A stretch of 59,498 nucleotides of DNA, filler included, from Sphacelaria rigidula (lineage: Eukaryota), in assembly GCA_964200075.2 (NCBI GenBank). It is 8 parts of 8 records of this genome, joined end to end, with 100 filler letters (N's around TTAATTAATTAA, not from the genome) between each part and the next. Parts side by side here need not be neighbours in the genome. Positions count along the whole stretch, not along the records: positions 1 to 7,351 come from CAXNAA020015295.1; positions 7,452 to 14,801 come from CAXNAA020015296.1; 6 more parts are not named here. One strand, given 5' to 3'. Each line of letters begins with the position of its first letter. Within the stretch, counting starts at the first letter, position 1. Shown piece after piece: positions 1 to 12,913 of this stretch. A program made the translations under genes and the position numbers. The notes under the pieces were generated by a model. The model ran no database searches. It worked only from the letters and a program-made list of their open reading frames with translations, and was not told where the DNA came from.

Positions 1-190
1 AAAATCCCCTTTTGAAAAGGGGATTTCAGGAAGTGTTTTTGCACTTCCTGAAATCCCCTCCGGAGAGGGGATTTCTTTGCACATTGAGGGGATTTTCTTT
101 GGGGGGTGGTATGACAGCGACCAATCAGCGGTCGTTTTTCAGAAAGGAGATTTTGAAAAAGGGGATTATCCCCTTCGTTAAGACAGGCCC
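1..190. mobile_element. Right end of a PIF/Harbinger-type MITE, truncated by the contig start; same family as 5245-6064
   Basis: Ends ...AAAAAGGGGATTATCCCCTTCGTTAAGACAGGCCC followed by TAA; reverse-complement similarity to 5245-5410 (shared CAGCGACCAATCAGCG and TTCAGGAAGTGTTTTTGC). Confidence 0.65.
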
Positions 191-269
191 TAACGCGTAG
201 AGTCCTGGTTATTGAGGCGCAATCTTTCAGGATTTCAAGATTCGTTGTAAACTTGAAATGTGCACCGCT

Positions 270-530
270 TCATGTAACGTGCTTATGACGTTTTATCCTA
301 CATGGAACGTAACATGAAACGTTCCATATTACGTGTTCTGAACGTTTGGATTATCTAACGCTCACCTTACGTTTCGTTCGGCACGTCACAATAAATTAAC
401 GCCAGGTTAATGTTTAATTAAAAAATTAACGTTTCATATACGTTTCGTTTGGCACGTGAAAAAACTTCAACACTCACGTGACATTTCGGCCAAAACGTAT
501 CGTGTAACGTTGTGGCACGTGTAACGTGTA
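270..530. repeat. Cluster of ACGT-core palindromic motifs (AACGTT, CACGTG, TAACGT), probably transposon subterminal repeats
   Basis: Dense recurrence of ACGT-containing words; a similar CACGTCAC/GTGACGT cluster lies at 52740-52965. Confidence 0.5.
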
Positions 531-974
531 GACCCCTGAAAAACACCTGACGAAAGAAAAAACAGGAAGCGTATCGTGGCACCAAGTATGAAGAGTGGAA
601 CTGGACAGAAACACGCCGGTTTGATATCAAGTGTTCTCGGCCCGCGATCAGCAATCGCAAATGTCTGTTGTAAACTCTGGTGAGATCTGATCTTTGCGTT
701 ATCTAGTAGTGCTCGAGGGGGTGTCTTTCGTCAACGCAACACCGGCACGCAAGACCCGCCCTCTTTGCTAGAACGATCGTAGTCTCGCAATGCGTGTTCG
801 TCGGGAGGGGTCGACATGTGAATCCTGACGATGTGCCTGGCTGTACGCAAGGTTCAAGCTTTAATATGGTGACAGCACATGCAGTGTGAGACGATAAACG
901 CGGCCTTCCGGATATCGGCACACACCTGACTCCAAACACGAAGATTCCAAACGTCAGACAGATCAGCTCCATGT

Positions 975-1335
975 AGCTCGAGCTAACTCATTTTTAGCGT
1001 AGCTTCCTAGTGAGCTATGGGAGCTACATGAGCTACGCATGTTTGCCCTAGTTGAGCTACTAAGCCGTAGCTGATCAGGTCGTAATTCCCTCTGGGTGAG
1101 CGATAAGAGCTGCATGAGCTGCGCATGTTTGTCCTGGATGAGCTATGAGAGCTGCATGTGCTACACATGTTTGCCCTCGTTGAGCTACGAGAGCTGGGTG
1201 AGCTAAGCATAATTGCCCTGGGTAAACCATGAGAGTTACATCAGCTGCGCGTGTTTACCTGGTTGTGCTATGAAAGCCACATGAGCTACGCATGTTTGCC
1301 CTGGTTGAGCTAATCAGCTACGCGAGCTACGTCGA
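975..1335 (+). repeat. Minisatellite, ~42-bp unit (consensus TGAGCTATGAGAGCTGCATGAGCTACGCATGTTTGCCCTGGG)
   Basis: Unit starts at 1097, 1139 and 1181 are 42 bp apart; degenerate copies on either side. Confidence 0.8.
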
Positions 1336-2109
1336 TTTTGTAGTTGCTTCTGTTCCGATGCTCATGCTCATTGATACATGGAAACGGTTACATGTGTAAC
1401 ACTTGTGTTCCGTCTTATGCAGCAATGGATTTACTTTTTGTAAACATCAACATGACTGCATCAGAAGCCATCCGCACTGTATCCACCACACCCACACACA
1501 ACCCGCCTTACATGGCCACCGCCGGGGGCAGCGGCTCTAGCAGCGCTTCAGTCGGAAAGGATGCCGTAGATCTGAATCCACCGCAACAGGCGATCGATGT
1601 GGAGGAAGAAGGGAGGCTGGTTTAATAGATCGCCAACCCTCGCGGTCGAAGGGTTAGTCGCTTGACGGCGAGCATAGGTCTTCTCTCCATCATGGTAACA
1701 GTCGGACCCTTTTAATTTAGAGCACCAGGGCGCGGTGGCAACGCAAGTGGAAAAAGGAAATAATGCAGGACACCGGGAATGTGAAACCTAGTGAGACCTT
1801 TATACAGTGGGGGTGCACACTTTTTTTCCGAGCATGTGTTGAATCGACTTCAATTTCACTTGAAAATAGTATGCGTGGCCGGATAGACTCGTACCCTCAC
1901 GGCCAAGCGATCGAAATCAATGAATTGGTCGATTATTGAAGACACCGAATCCTAACAAGGTTCTGAACCATCCGAGCATGCGGACGAGGATTTGTGTTGA
2001 CTTCTTCTCTTTACACCGCGAAGAGCGAGGCAGAACACCACAACCTAATCATATGTTACGCCATCTGTGAAAACAAGAATGTAACATCATCGGCGACACC
2101 GGGTTTGCC

Positions 2110-2450
2110 AGCGCGAGCTGGGCACGTGACTGGAGTGGTCTATGAGCATGTGCTCCCGGGTGAGCTACCGGGCGTAGCTCATCCACTCATGTTTTCCTCA
2201 GATGAGCCATGAGAGCTGCGTGAGCTGCACGTGTTTGCCCCGGGTGAGCTATCGAGTGTACCTCATCCGCGCATGTTTACCTTGGGTGAGCTATGAGAGC
2301 TGCCTGAGCTACGCATGTTTGGCCTAGGTGAGCTACCAACCCGTAGCACATCAGCTCATATTCCCCCTGGGTGAGCTATTGGACGTAGCTCGCATGTACA
2401 TGTTCCAGTACAAGTGAGCTACAGCCCGCAGATGAGCTAGCTCATGACCT
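2110..2450 (+). repeat. Second array of the same GAGCTA-rich minisatellite
   Basis: Repeated GGGTGAGCTA / GAGAGCTGC / CGCATGTTT motifs, same orientation as 975-1335. Confidence 0.75.
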
Positions 2451-4007
2451 GTCCGACGTGTGGAAGATTCAGTTTCGTCGGTGATGACTTCTTCCCTCCA
2501 AGCTTTCGCTTCCATTGAAGCGCTATTTCCCGTGCGCCAGCGATTTTTTCGTCCATTCATCACTCCTTCCAGTCTCTATTAGATATGTCTACGGGCGTGA
2601 AAGTTCACGCATACAGTCCTATGACAGGAAGTCACAGACAACCTGTAGATGTGGCGTGAGATGCGTTGTTGCTGTTTCTTCAAATGCGTTTTGGCGATGA
2701 AAAAGACTCAATGTTGTGTTGCTGTTACGTGTTTAGGCCCCACATCCTACGGCGCATTTCTCCATGAAATGCACGCTACGGGGGAATATGAGAGAGGCCT
2801 CCTCGCGGCTTCCCCTGGGTGCTGAGATTGACAATCATCTCAGCAGCGGACATCTCTCCGACGTGCACGTCCACTGTGGTGGATGCATGTATAGACCGAA
2901 AAAGAAGATGTCCCTCAGGGAAACGTGGCTTGAGAGAGAATGTTGTTGGCTCGCCGTATTCAGCCGTTCCTACATACCAGCCCGACGCTTCATCCTCAAT
3001 ATGCTTGTGAACTGGATATCTGTGGGTGGGAATCTACGATAAGAAGATTTACAATGAAGTAGTGACCTGCTTGACATGTTGCGTTTGATTGGGTACGTGT
3101 AAGGGTTTCCCACCGCATTGTGAGTGTTGGAGGGCATGCGTATGGGTGAGATCAGGCGGGATCACTCTTCAACGACCCCACCCAGAACACTCTCTTCTCG
3201 GCTACCCCAGGCTACCCCAGCCACCAGCTTTGCCCTAGTGAACCACTTGATCAACACTCTCCGAGTGCCCGAACCAACGAGTATACTACTATATCTACGG
3301 GTAGGGTTCGACATTGAGGACATGACATCTCGCAGAAATAAAGAGCAACAGTGTTTGGATCATGCGTCCGAGCGCGGGGTAAACACATCAGTGGGCAGCA
3401 TCTCGAGGTTTGAGAACACGATGGCTACGTTTGGCCAGCTGCTCGAGTAGCTGGCACAGAGATTGACCGACGTAAACCATGGCAGCGCAACAAGAACATA
3501 TACCGTGGTGCGCAGGCAGGCGGCGTCATCGACAGCAGCGGCTCATGGTGAGGACTGGGCACAGCAGCAACACAACAGCCAGTCGCTGGGAGGACTGACG
3601 CGGCTGATATGTCACAGTACGTGGGGAGCAGACAAGGCCCGGGTGGTCCGAGCTCAGGGGCTACGAAGGACACATCTAGGGGCACGAGCCCCGAACGTGA
3701 GTCGATTGGTTGTGGTGGGTAGGCAGTGAAGTGATGGGTTTGCATGGAGGGATGTATTAGGAGGCAAGTACTTTGACGGGAGGGCTCAAACCAGCAGTCC
3801 CACAGTTTGCGGGGGAAGAGTGTGACTTCAAGAGATTTCGGCATGCATTCATATATTGTGCAAGGCATTTGAGACTGGACTGAGTATTGAGAAGAGATCC
3901 AAACGGTGAAATAAACGTTGGTGATCCAGGTGTGGCGATGGAAAAGTTACAAACCCAGTACGGGAGAGGTGCAGTGTACGCACATGTGAGGACATGGCAC
4001 CTATTGA

Positions 4008-4400
4008 TTGTGTGCTAGTCTGACGAGTGAAGTAAACCCAAGACTTTCTGTTTCGAGAGCATTCACCTCGAGCAGCATGGCATGCACTACTAGAGACGAG
4101 CAGCCCCCAAACCCAGGAGGCCCGGCTTGCATACTGAGCAAATCAGACAACGTGAAGGTCATGGCTGATGAGGACCCCATTGCGCAACTTGTGGAGTCGG
4201 CACGTACGGCAAGAAGGTTGAGAAGCTATGAAGAGGTCAGGCACCTACACCACACCCTGGTTTTGCCCAAATCGTGATCGCGCTTCCCCCCGAGTATGAC
4301 ATTCAGAAGCAAGTCCTGGAGGGAGTGAGGGGTCACCTGCAGCGGGTGGTGGTGTCCACCGTGATGGAACGATGTGAATCGAGAGCTTTTAAACGGTTGA
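4008..4400 (+). pseudogene. Decayed Copia-type gag fragment
   Basis: KSDNVKVMADEDPIAQLVESARTARRLRSYEE...ALPPEYDIQKQVLEG aligns by eye to the gag at 10269 (KFDAVKIG...IARDLRSYEE...ALPFEYHVQKQLLED); the frame breaks at ~4275. Confidence 0.7.
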
Positions 4401-4492
4401 TCTCACGGTGTACACCACCTCCTCCCGCGTCATGTGATCCCTCACTTCCGCCAGAACTTGTCTCTGAATGTCATACTGGGGTGGAAGCGCGT

Positions 4493-4630
4493 TCACTGAT
4501 GTGGACAAACCAGGGCGACGTTCAGGTGCCTAACCTCTTCATAGCTTCTCGAGCGGTTGCCGTACATTCCAGCTCCATGAACTGTACAATGAGATCCTTG
4601 GCGGCCATGACCTTGACGTCGTCTAGCTTT
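4493..4630 (-). repeat. Inverted, diverged copy of the gag fragment at 4140-4277
   Basis: Reverse complement contains AAGGTCATGGC...GAGAAGCTATGAAGAGGT.AGGCACCT...CCCTGGTTT, matching 4155-4265. Confidence 0.75.
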
Positions 4631-5244
4631 CAAACCCGCCCTCCTGGGTATTGAGGGGTAGCGAGATTGAAAAAATAGATCGAATGTTGTGAAGCTGAGA
4701 ATACGACGATGGTGGTATCCGATAGACTGAGCAAAAACATGGGAACAGCAACGTTGACATGCGATTGGCTGTTTAGCGTAAGCAGAGCTAAGAATACGAC
4801 GAACAGATGGCAGTTGCGGCGAAAACATGGATACAGTCACAGTTCCGAAAGTGGCTGTAGAGGACGTGCAGTGCAGACAGTGAAATGTATGATGTGTGCC
4901 GATTTAACGATGAAGTTGAATAGAAACCGGTAGCTTGACCCTCTCCAAGCAAGTACAGTACGATGTGATTTGATCGTGCCTGTCCGTGGACAGGTGAAGT
5001 CAAGGAGTCACTTATCTCGATAGGAGGAAAAAGTGACTGACGGAAAAGATATGTTGCTTTCAGCATGTAACATGAAGTGGCGTACCCATGAGGCTGATGC
5101 ACAAAATTTCCCCGTCGTCCCTTCCCCATGTTCTGACCTTGCGCGCCCGAATTAGCCGTGGAACCTCAAACTATCTGTCGTTATTATTACGATTATTTTG
5201 GTGGAGTATGCAAAGAAGAGAAACATTTCTCCTGGATACAGTGA

Positions 5245-6064
5245 GGGCCCTTCTTATGGGAAGGGATTTTCTCCTTTTTAAAAAACCCCTCTTTGAAAAA
5301 TGAGCGCTGATTGGTCGCTGCGGTACCCCCCCCCCCCCACCACCACCACCGAAGAATCCCCAAAACGAGTTTCAGGAAGGGCAAAAACACTTCCTGAAAT
5401 TCCTCTATCAAAGAGAATTGTCGGACACCTCGAAGAGGAACATATTTGTCCGGTTGACAAGGGCACATACAAAGGCTTAGCTCAAAACCCAACACAATCA
5501 GAGCTGAACTTGAGGAACTCGGTGCCCCTGCAAACGAAAAACACAGAGCTGGAGCCATAGCTTCTCATCAGCTGTGCACGTTGTGCGTGACCTTGTTCAA
5601 ATATGTTCAGAATTCACTAAGAAATGATGATTTGTGTGAGACGCGCGCACAGTACACGCTTACAAACGGCCAGTAACGACACGTTTTCGGTTGTTTTTGA
5701 CACGCACGCGGCCGCCATTCGTCCAATACAGAACGGGTTTCCGCCAAATATGACTGCTGTTTGTAGGGTAGCGAGAGCAAGCGGTGAAACTAGTGCGCGT
5801 GAGTGGTGGTCGTCTGTGCGTGTTTTTCGCGGCTGGATGTGTAGGTGTTTTGTTGCCCTGTTGCGTCTTGTCTGTAGCGTTACGTTGACCTCGGGCGAGC
5901 GACCATTTGTGAACCCGCCGCATTTGTTAATTTGCGTGCAGATCTGAGGTTCGATCTGTACAAAACTGCCTCACGATGGGACTTAGAAATGTTCGTCATG
6001 GGACCGATCCCCGGTCAAGGGGGAATTTTTAAAAAGGGAAAATCCCCTACGATAAGAAGGACCC
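5245..6064. mobile_element. PIF/Harbinger-type non-autonomous DNA transposon
   Basis: ~40-bp TIRs: left GGGCCCTTCTTATGGGAAGGGATTTTCTCCTTTTTAAAAA, right (revcomp) GGGTCCTTCTTATCGTAGGGGATTTTCCCTTTTTAAAAA; flanked by TGA and TAA, consistent with a TWA-type TSD; no ORF. Confidence 0.75.
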
Positions 6065-6829
6065 TAACCTTTTCCCGTGTTTTGGAAGAGGCATGTGAAG
6101 ACAAGACGGGGGCGGGGGCTGGAGTGGGGGGTATACTTATTTCCTGCTTGCCTTGGTTGTTTAAGCATTGTTAACCACGCATGCCTGTCGAGAGGGAGCA
6201 CCTTTCCTACTCCTAATACATACACCTCAAACATTTGGGCGGTCATTACGCTCATCTCGTACATTACACCGAGGGGCCCTATATCGGGATATGATGGCAC
6301 CACACTTCCCAGGTCGCCAGTACCTCATTCTGGGGCAGTAGGAGGTGGAGTACCCTGTTTGAGTTTGGGGGTACCGCCCTGATCGATAGATGATGGCGAT
6401 AGTATTTGCTGGACTACACCACACGTGCATGTCGGCAGCGTTCGCCTGCGCGGGGTATACCGACACGGTAGGTGGTATGTTACATCCAAGCTAGCACAGA
6501 ATAACGTGCCTGCAGAGGCAGGAAGTGGCGAACAGGCAAGGCGGCCAATCGGGTCATCTACCCCGTACAACACCATTATTGGCAGGCATGACTCTGCAAT
6601 TTGATGGAAATGAACCGGCCCAACTTACATACTGTGCAGTACTGTACTGTTATGTCTATACTGTACTGTCTGTACTGCCTGAATTGAATACAACCAAACA
6701 AGTACCGCTTCACGTAGATTTCATTTGACAATTGCCACTACCTCAATGTTGGATACTCCTTTTGATCAATAAACGTGCACAACATTTCCCTTTGCAACCT
6801 CTCTATCTTGTGTCGCAGTTCAGTATGAT

Positions 6830-7300
6830 GGCGACATACCGTGGTATAGTATACGTGGGTGTCGTAGGCATTAATTTTGGGAAGACCTGTTTGAGCGGGT
6901 ACGGTAGGTGATGAAATCTCGAAATACTGTGGTATCGTAAGTATCGTAGGTATGAGTTTTGATGATACCTGGCTCAGCGGGTACGGTAGGTATTGAAATC
7001 TCGAAATACCGTGGTATCGTGGATATTGCAGGTATGAGTTTTGACAATACCTGACTCAGCAGGCACGGTAGGTATTGAAATCTCGAAATACTGTGGTATC
7101 GTGGGTATAGCGGTATAGTGGGTATGGGTTTCGAAAATACCCTGAGGCACGTATGGTAGGCATTGACATCTCGGAATACCGTGGTATTGTGGGTATCATA
7201 CGTATGACATTTGAAAATATCGGACTGGACCGGTATCGGTAGGGTATGAGCTGTCCCAAATGCCGGTACCGGGTACCTACCTTACCTACGGTGCCTGTGT
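6830..7300 (+). repeat. Tandem array of ~82-bp GGTAT/ATACC-rich units (about 4-5 copies), probably a MITE arm
   Basis: ACGGTAGGT..TGAAATCTCGAAATAC.GTGGTATCGT recurs at 6901, 6983 and 7065, with a degenerate copy near 7153. Confidence 0.8.
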
Positions 7301-7351
7301 AATCTTTTCCCGTCAATCTGCCCCTACTCTTTTTAACGCCTGCAAATCATA

Positions 7352-7451
7352 NNNNNNNNNNNNNNNNNNNNNNNNNNNNNNNNNNNNNNNNNNNNTTAAT
7401 TAATTAANNNNNNNNNNNNNNNNNNNNNNNNNNNNNNNNNNNNNNNNNNNN
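7352..7451. other. Artificial contig spacer N44-TTAATTAATTAA-N44
   Basis: 100-bp block with a six-frame stop linker, repeated identically seven times in the window. Confidence 0.98.
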
Positions 7452-9587
7452 TTTGTGTTCATTCTGTTCCCTGGGTGTTTTTTTTCGCCCTCCGGGGGGG
7501 GGGGGGTGGGGACCTGAGACCCCCCCCCCCCCCCCCCCCCCCGAAAGGTCCAAGGTAAAAAGATGGAACATGCGTGTGCGGGATTGTTTTTCGTGCACCC
7601 TTGGAGATGTAGTTTTCTTTTACTGCGTAGTATCGAGCTCTTTTCCCCTCCCGCTTTACCGTACTTTGTGAAAAAACAATTTATTCCGGGGCCATTTATG
7701 GGCGCGTGCATATCGCGATGTCTGGGGGACACGCGGTTTCGGGAACAACTACACATCGTGGTTTTGAGACCCCTGTCTGAGCGCTGATTCCAATCATCGC
7801 CCCTCCTCCGTATCCCGAACTGACTTTCTCATGTTCGTTGCCGCCGGCCGTCTCTACCTTGTCCACCGTTGATTTCTTTCGCAGCGTTCGACGTTCAATC
7901 AGATGAACGAGCTGTTCCTCATCACGAAGCTCGGCCAGCAAATCCTATACCCAGAAATTCCCTTGTGCGGAAAGTACAGGGTATACAACACGCCTAGAGA
8001 GGCTAAAGATTCGCACGCCAAGAAGTCCTCGATCAGCAATATATTCGCCTTGCATTGGTCGTATCCAATAGACAACTAAGGCGCCTCGTGTAACCCGGCA
8101 GGGAAGCCCATCAGCCGGAAGCAGCCCTGTATTTGGAGGCGTCAGACACCTGCCCATTCTACCATTTGGAATGGGAAGCGGGCGGGAAGGGGGTTGTGAT
8201 GAGGATAAGGTCGAAAATATCACACAACGGCCCCAGAGACTCGTGCATTACTGCTGCGATAGGCAGCGCAGATGGTACGCAGCACGCTGTGATAGCCAGT
8301 ATGCAAGAGAGTCGAGAGAGGAACGGGAGGCTCAGCGCGACGCAGCCTATCGCGGTCACTCCCGGGGATCTGGTCGTTGGTGGGCCGGGATATGAGCAAC
8401 GGTGGCTGAGGGCCAGACGCGACACAGGTCGAGAGGAGTTGGAACACGAGATAGCCCCCGATGATGACCATGACGACTGTAATGCTGGAAGTGATGGCGA
8501 CGGTGATGATGGTGAAGATTGCGATAGGAATAGTGATGACGCTGGAGTCTCGAGTTGCAGTGACGCAGTTGGAGAGTGAAAACAATAGGTTCACATACAG
8601 GTCGGGAGGTGGACGCGAACGTACAGTTCAGGGCGGGGTCGAGATGCTGACATGCAATATGGATGGGGTGTTCCGATGGGGTGTATGACGGGACCATACG
8701 AAGCGATTTTGGGGTGGATGCAAACGATTTTTCTTTCGACTGTGTCATTGCTACATCATATATACTCAAACCGGATTGGAAAGCTCGACGGGTATTTGCA
8801 GTACGGTGGGTTCGTGCAATAAATTATTCAAGTTGTGCATCGACCGTCAAAGAAGGATATTAATAATGCTTTTTCATGTGCCCTTCTTCAGGACAGTGGA
8901 CGCTCAATCATGCCCTCGGCATATCACTGCGTTAGCAGTGATATCCCCCCAGCACGTCCCTGACGAGCAACTTGACGCCAGAGAATTTTTTCTGGACACG
9001 GGCCTCGAGACAAACAATAGTGAGAGCATCGTCGACATTCAAACAAACACATTCGCACGGATAAATCGTTGTTATTGTCCGTCGCCCGCAGCGAACCAGG
9101 GATGGGCGACACGTACAACCACGGACGCACTTGCTACTCCTGCCCAAAATTACACACCAGCGCTGTCGTGCGGTACTCCTGAGGGCGTTTTTCATTCAAC
9201 GGCTACGCTCGTCGAACCTCATTTTCATGACAAACCTCATTATGTAGGATTCCCTGTTATCTGGTGGTTCATCCAACAGGACGGCCGTTTTCCCCTCCAG
9301 AGGATAAAAATCACATCTGAGGATTTTCAAGCGGAAGCCGAATGGCCGCGCGTGTACGATACAGCAGCAGATCCTAAAAAATGAAGTCCATCTAAAAAAA
9401 GAGGTTAAAGTGGCATTTTGGTTTTGCAGGGATCACGCGGCACAGTCACCCAGGGCGAAGCCCCCCAAATGTTCGGAGCAGTTAAGCAGTTGTGGCTAGG
9501 TGTACCGAACGAATGCGGTGTACATGCGTGTCGATGACGATATCATCAGAGAGGGAAGCAACGACAGAGGGGAAGCTCCTCGCCCGT

Positions 9588-9838
9588 TGTTAATGTGAAC
9601 GAGTACACTGAGTAAACATGCAGATGTTCGGATAGATTCATGCTGGCGCACGGGTACTGGTAGTCAAGTGTGTGTGACTACAGTACCATGCTCAGGCCGG
9701 CTGCGACTCTGCCGTCTGAGTTCACTCCACATCTGATCCCTCTATCATAGGATCGACTCTGTCAAGGCCCTCTCCGATAATACAAAAGATCAAGCTATCT
9801 ATTCTTCGCCACGGGCCACAGAATGCACTAGTGTTACA
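9588..9838 (+). repeat. 5' LTR of the Copia element
   Basis: Begins TGTTAATGTGAAC and ends near ...GTGTTACA; about 19 mismatches in ~238 bp versus the 3' LTR (manual count). Confidence 0.85.
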
Positions 9839-10268
9839 ACCGGTCGGGCAGAATGGCAGATCAAGGTAGTAGGCCTGCTACAGTAGTCGGTGAGCAGGGT
9901 GTTATTGAGCTATTGGGGGAGGTGAATAGCCAATTGAGTTCCATGGCTCAGCTATCAATTTGCAGTCCAATTAAGCTCCTTTACAGAGTAACATGGACGA
10001 TATGAGGGCAGTAAGAGAGGCCAGGAGCGCAGAAACCAATGGCGTCCTCGGTAGTGATGGTTCCCATAGTCAACAGGGGGAATCCAACACAAACAGAACA
10101 GTGGAGCGACATGGTGGCGGAGTTCGAAGAGACTGACGGTACATCGGGAGTCAAGCTGTTCCAGAGGAAGGAGCGCGCGACGCAGGGGACAACGAGGCCA
10201 CAAGTGACGGAGCTAGGGGCTCTGTCCCCACACGTGAGTAAATCTTAATAAACAATGCAAGTCGAAAT

Positions 10269-11285
10269 GTGTCAGGGGTTCCCGTTTTTCGACAGAATGT
10301 CCCAAAATGTTCAGGGAAAAACGCTGATTATGGTCGGTACAGAAATGAGCTGGTCAACTTCGCGAGGCGCGAACGAACTGACTGGCTGTTTACCATGGCC
10401 GGCGATAGTTCGCACGACGTAGATTTCGGTGACCCTGAAATAGCACTGGGGTATCTAGAAACTAGACACGGGAAGGGCACACTGGCAGCCCACGTAAGGG
10501 CCAAACGGATGCTTGTTGCCAGTTTAGAAGGAAAGAGGGAGCAAGATATTTTGCTCAGAGTCCACTCACCGGGTGCGGTTTGGAGAAAACTCGCGGATGT
10601 CTTTCGCCCCAAAACAAATGGGGAGAGAACTGCTTTGTTGGAAAAGTTCGATGCAGTCAAGATTGGTGTTCGTTATGGTCCAGAGCAGACGCTGCTCGAG
10701 ATGGAGGAAATTGCACGAGACCTGAGGTCATACGAAGAACATCAACCACTAAGTGAAAACCACATCCTTTTGAAACACCTCAACGCATTGCCTTTCGAGT
10801 ATCACGTTCAGAAGCAGTTGCTGGAGGATCGAGAGGGGCCGCTGACACGGGAGGATGTGCTGACCTCGGTCGGAAAGCGTTTCGAATCGACCGCTTTGAA
10901 GCAGGAACTTGCCCGGGGAAAGGAGTCATCCCCGGGCTACCAGGCTCTCCTTGCCAGGGATGGGACCGGAAAACCGAGCGGTGCACACCGCAAGGGAAAA
11001 CCGGGAAAACCCCATGGCTCTAGTCAGAAAAACGCCGGGAGCCAGAGTTCTAGTAGCTCTGGGCCGGCATCGTCGGACGGCAAACCGGCGACTGTGAAGC
11101 TGCTCCGCTGCTACTTTTGCGACGAGGACACGACGCACCGAGCCAAGAACTGCCCGAAGAGATACTGCGGGAGGTGCAGTCGGCAGGGGCACACGTTCTG
11201 GGACTGTTCGAGATCGACAGCGAAGAAAAAGGACGTGGCGATGGCGATGGGCGCGGCCGACAACGGCGACAGCTCTCCCGTTTAA
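10269..11285 (+). pseudogene. gag: Copia Gag with two CCHC zinc knuckles
   Basis: 338-aa ORF; LNALPFEY motif; CYFCDEDTTHRAKNC and CGRCSRQGHTFWDC knuckles; out of frame with the downstream protease. Confidence 0.85.
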
Positions 11286-11389
11286 TCGGTGGCGGACGGG
11301 GAGGCTTCCGCCTCTTTCGACAACACCATCAACGGCGACACAGGCGAGTATGCATTGAGTGTTGGGCAGGGGGTGATAGTCAGCAGGGT

Positions 11390-11998
11390 GAGGGAGAATC
11401 GTGGGTATTTGACACGGGGGCTACCCAGCACTTCTCCCACGATTCCCATGGGATGACGGAGTACAGAGAGTGCAAGGGTAGGGTACTACGGTGCGCGGGT
11501 GGTAGTTCTTACCCGATCGTAGGCAGAGGAAATTTGTCTCTCGCCTTCAGATCTGACGGACAGGATGGGATGCTCAAATTAATGGATGTTGAACATGTAC
11601 CTGATGTCTGTCATCACCTCTTGCCAACCACGAGGATCCAAAACATGGGACACACCTACACTGGTTTTCGTGCAGGTTTCAGGGTAGATGTCATTTCAGG
11701 CAACACACTGAAAATACCCGGACAACCACGTCAACTGAGAATGTACGCCCGCCGCCTCGACCAAAGTGGTAGTGACAAGTGTGCTTCGGCATATGCTGCG
11801 ATTGCCTCGGGGGCTTCGCCTAGCTCCCAGATCGCTGACATGAACGAATTCCACTGTGCCCACGCCCACGTCGACGAGGACTTACTGCGAAAGACGGCGA
11901 AGCAGCAGGGAAAGCAGCTGGCTGGGGAGCTGCAGCCCTGCTCAGAGGCGAAGGGAGTGCGACGGCCGATTCCAAGATCGACGCATACGAGAGCACAA
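11390..11998 (+). pseudogene. pol: Copia aspartic protease plus integrase N-terminal (GAG-pre-integrase/HHCC) remnant; integrase core deleted
   Basis: SWVFDTGATQHF protease motif; FHCAHAHV...LQPCSEAKG; no DDE core follows, and the frame runs into a Ser/Pro-rich linker. Confidence 0.85.
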
Positions 11999-12913
11999 GC
12001 GATCCAGACGCCGGGCGAGCTGAAGGATTCCAACATCGATCAAGGCCAGGAAGGGAGTGAGGAAAGGGTGGAAAGCTCGACAGTGGACACTTCGTCCAGT
12101 GGTTCCTCAAGCGCACCGTCCTCCCCGCCGAGTTCCGGTGGTGGGAGGGGCGGAGCAGCACCGCAGATCCCCGTCAGTAGTCAAGGTGGCGAAGTGCCTC
12201 CACCGTCCCCGCGAGGGGGGGGGAAGGCGGGGTGATATCCGAGACCCCCGCTCCAGATTTTGTCAACGGAGGAGGTGAGGCGGACCTGGAATCATCATCA
12301 TCAACAACAACGCCAACATCAGCGCAGACGCCGACAACTACGCCGACGCCGACACCTACGCCGACGCTCACATCGGCATCGAACACTCCCTCGTCGCCCG
12401 CACTGTCACCCTCTTCCACGGGTCCCTCGCAAGACGGCGGGGGGGTGGCGATGCTCCTCACCTCCCGAGGACCGAGCAACGCCGTCTTGCGTGGGTCGAC
12501 GAGTTACCAACACCAAAGACGGGGTGTACGAGGAGCCAAACGCGCGAGGCCATGGGGTCGGCACACACACGAGACGGCACGCTGGTGGCTAGCGAAGCGG
12601 AGGAGAGCAGAAAGGAAGCGGATTTGGCGCTGGTGGGAATGGCCGACGACAAATGCTCAACCATGGAGATGATCACCGCGTCAGCAGGACAGGTGGCAGG
12701 ACAAGACGCAATCGCCTCGATCCAAAACGAGTTAGCCGAAAGCGAGTCAGCCGAAAGCGAGATTTTTGTTTTGTTGCTGAGGAAAACAGAGTAGGGCAGC
12801 CTGAATTCGGTTTTCGTTCACCGATTGGCCTACATGTAAGCGAAATAGAGGCAGCATCCATCAGTATGGATGGCATAGCAAAGTCAGAGTTTTGAGAGGC
12901 ATGGCTAGGCGCG

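Noticed and set aside
975..1335. CRISPR-like array (also considered for 6830-7300 and 30198-30680)
   Set aside because: Whole units repeat with no unique spacers, there are no cas genes, and the context is eukaryotic.
7396..7407. TTAATTAATTAA as a biological palindrome or piggyBac site
   Set aside because: It is embedded in Ns and identical at all seven joins; it is an assembly linker.
8133..9384. ORFs 8133-8579 and 8776-9384 as genes
   Set aside because: No recognisable domain or consistent splice pattern. This may be a decayed element, but I cannot support a call.
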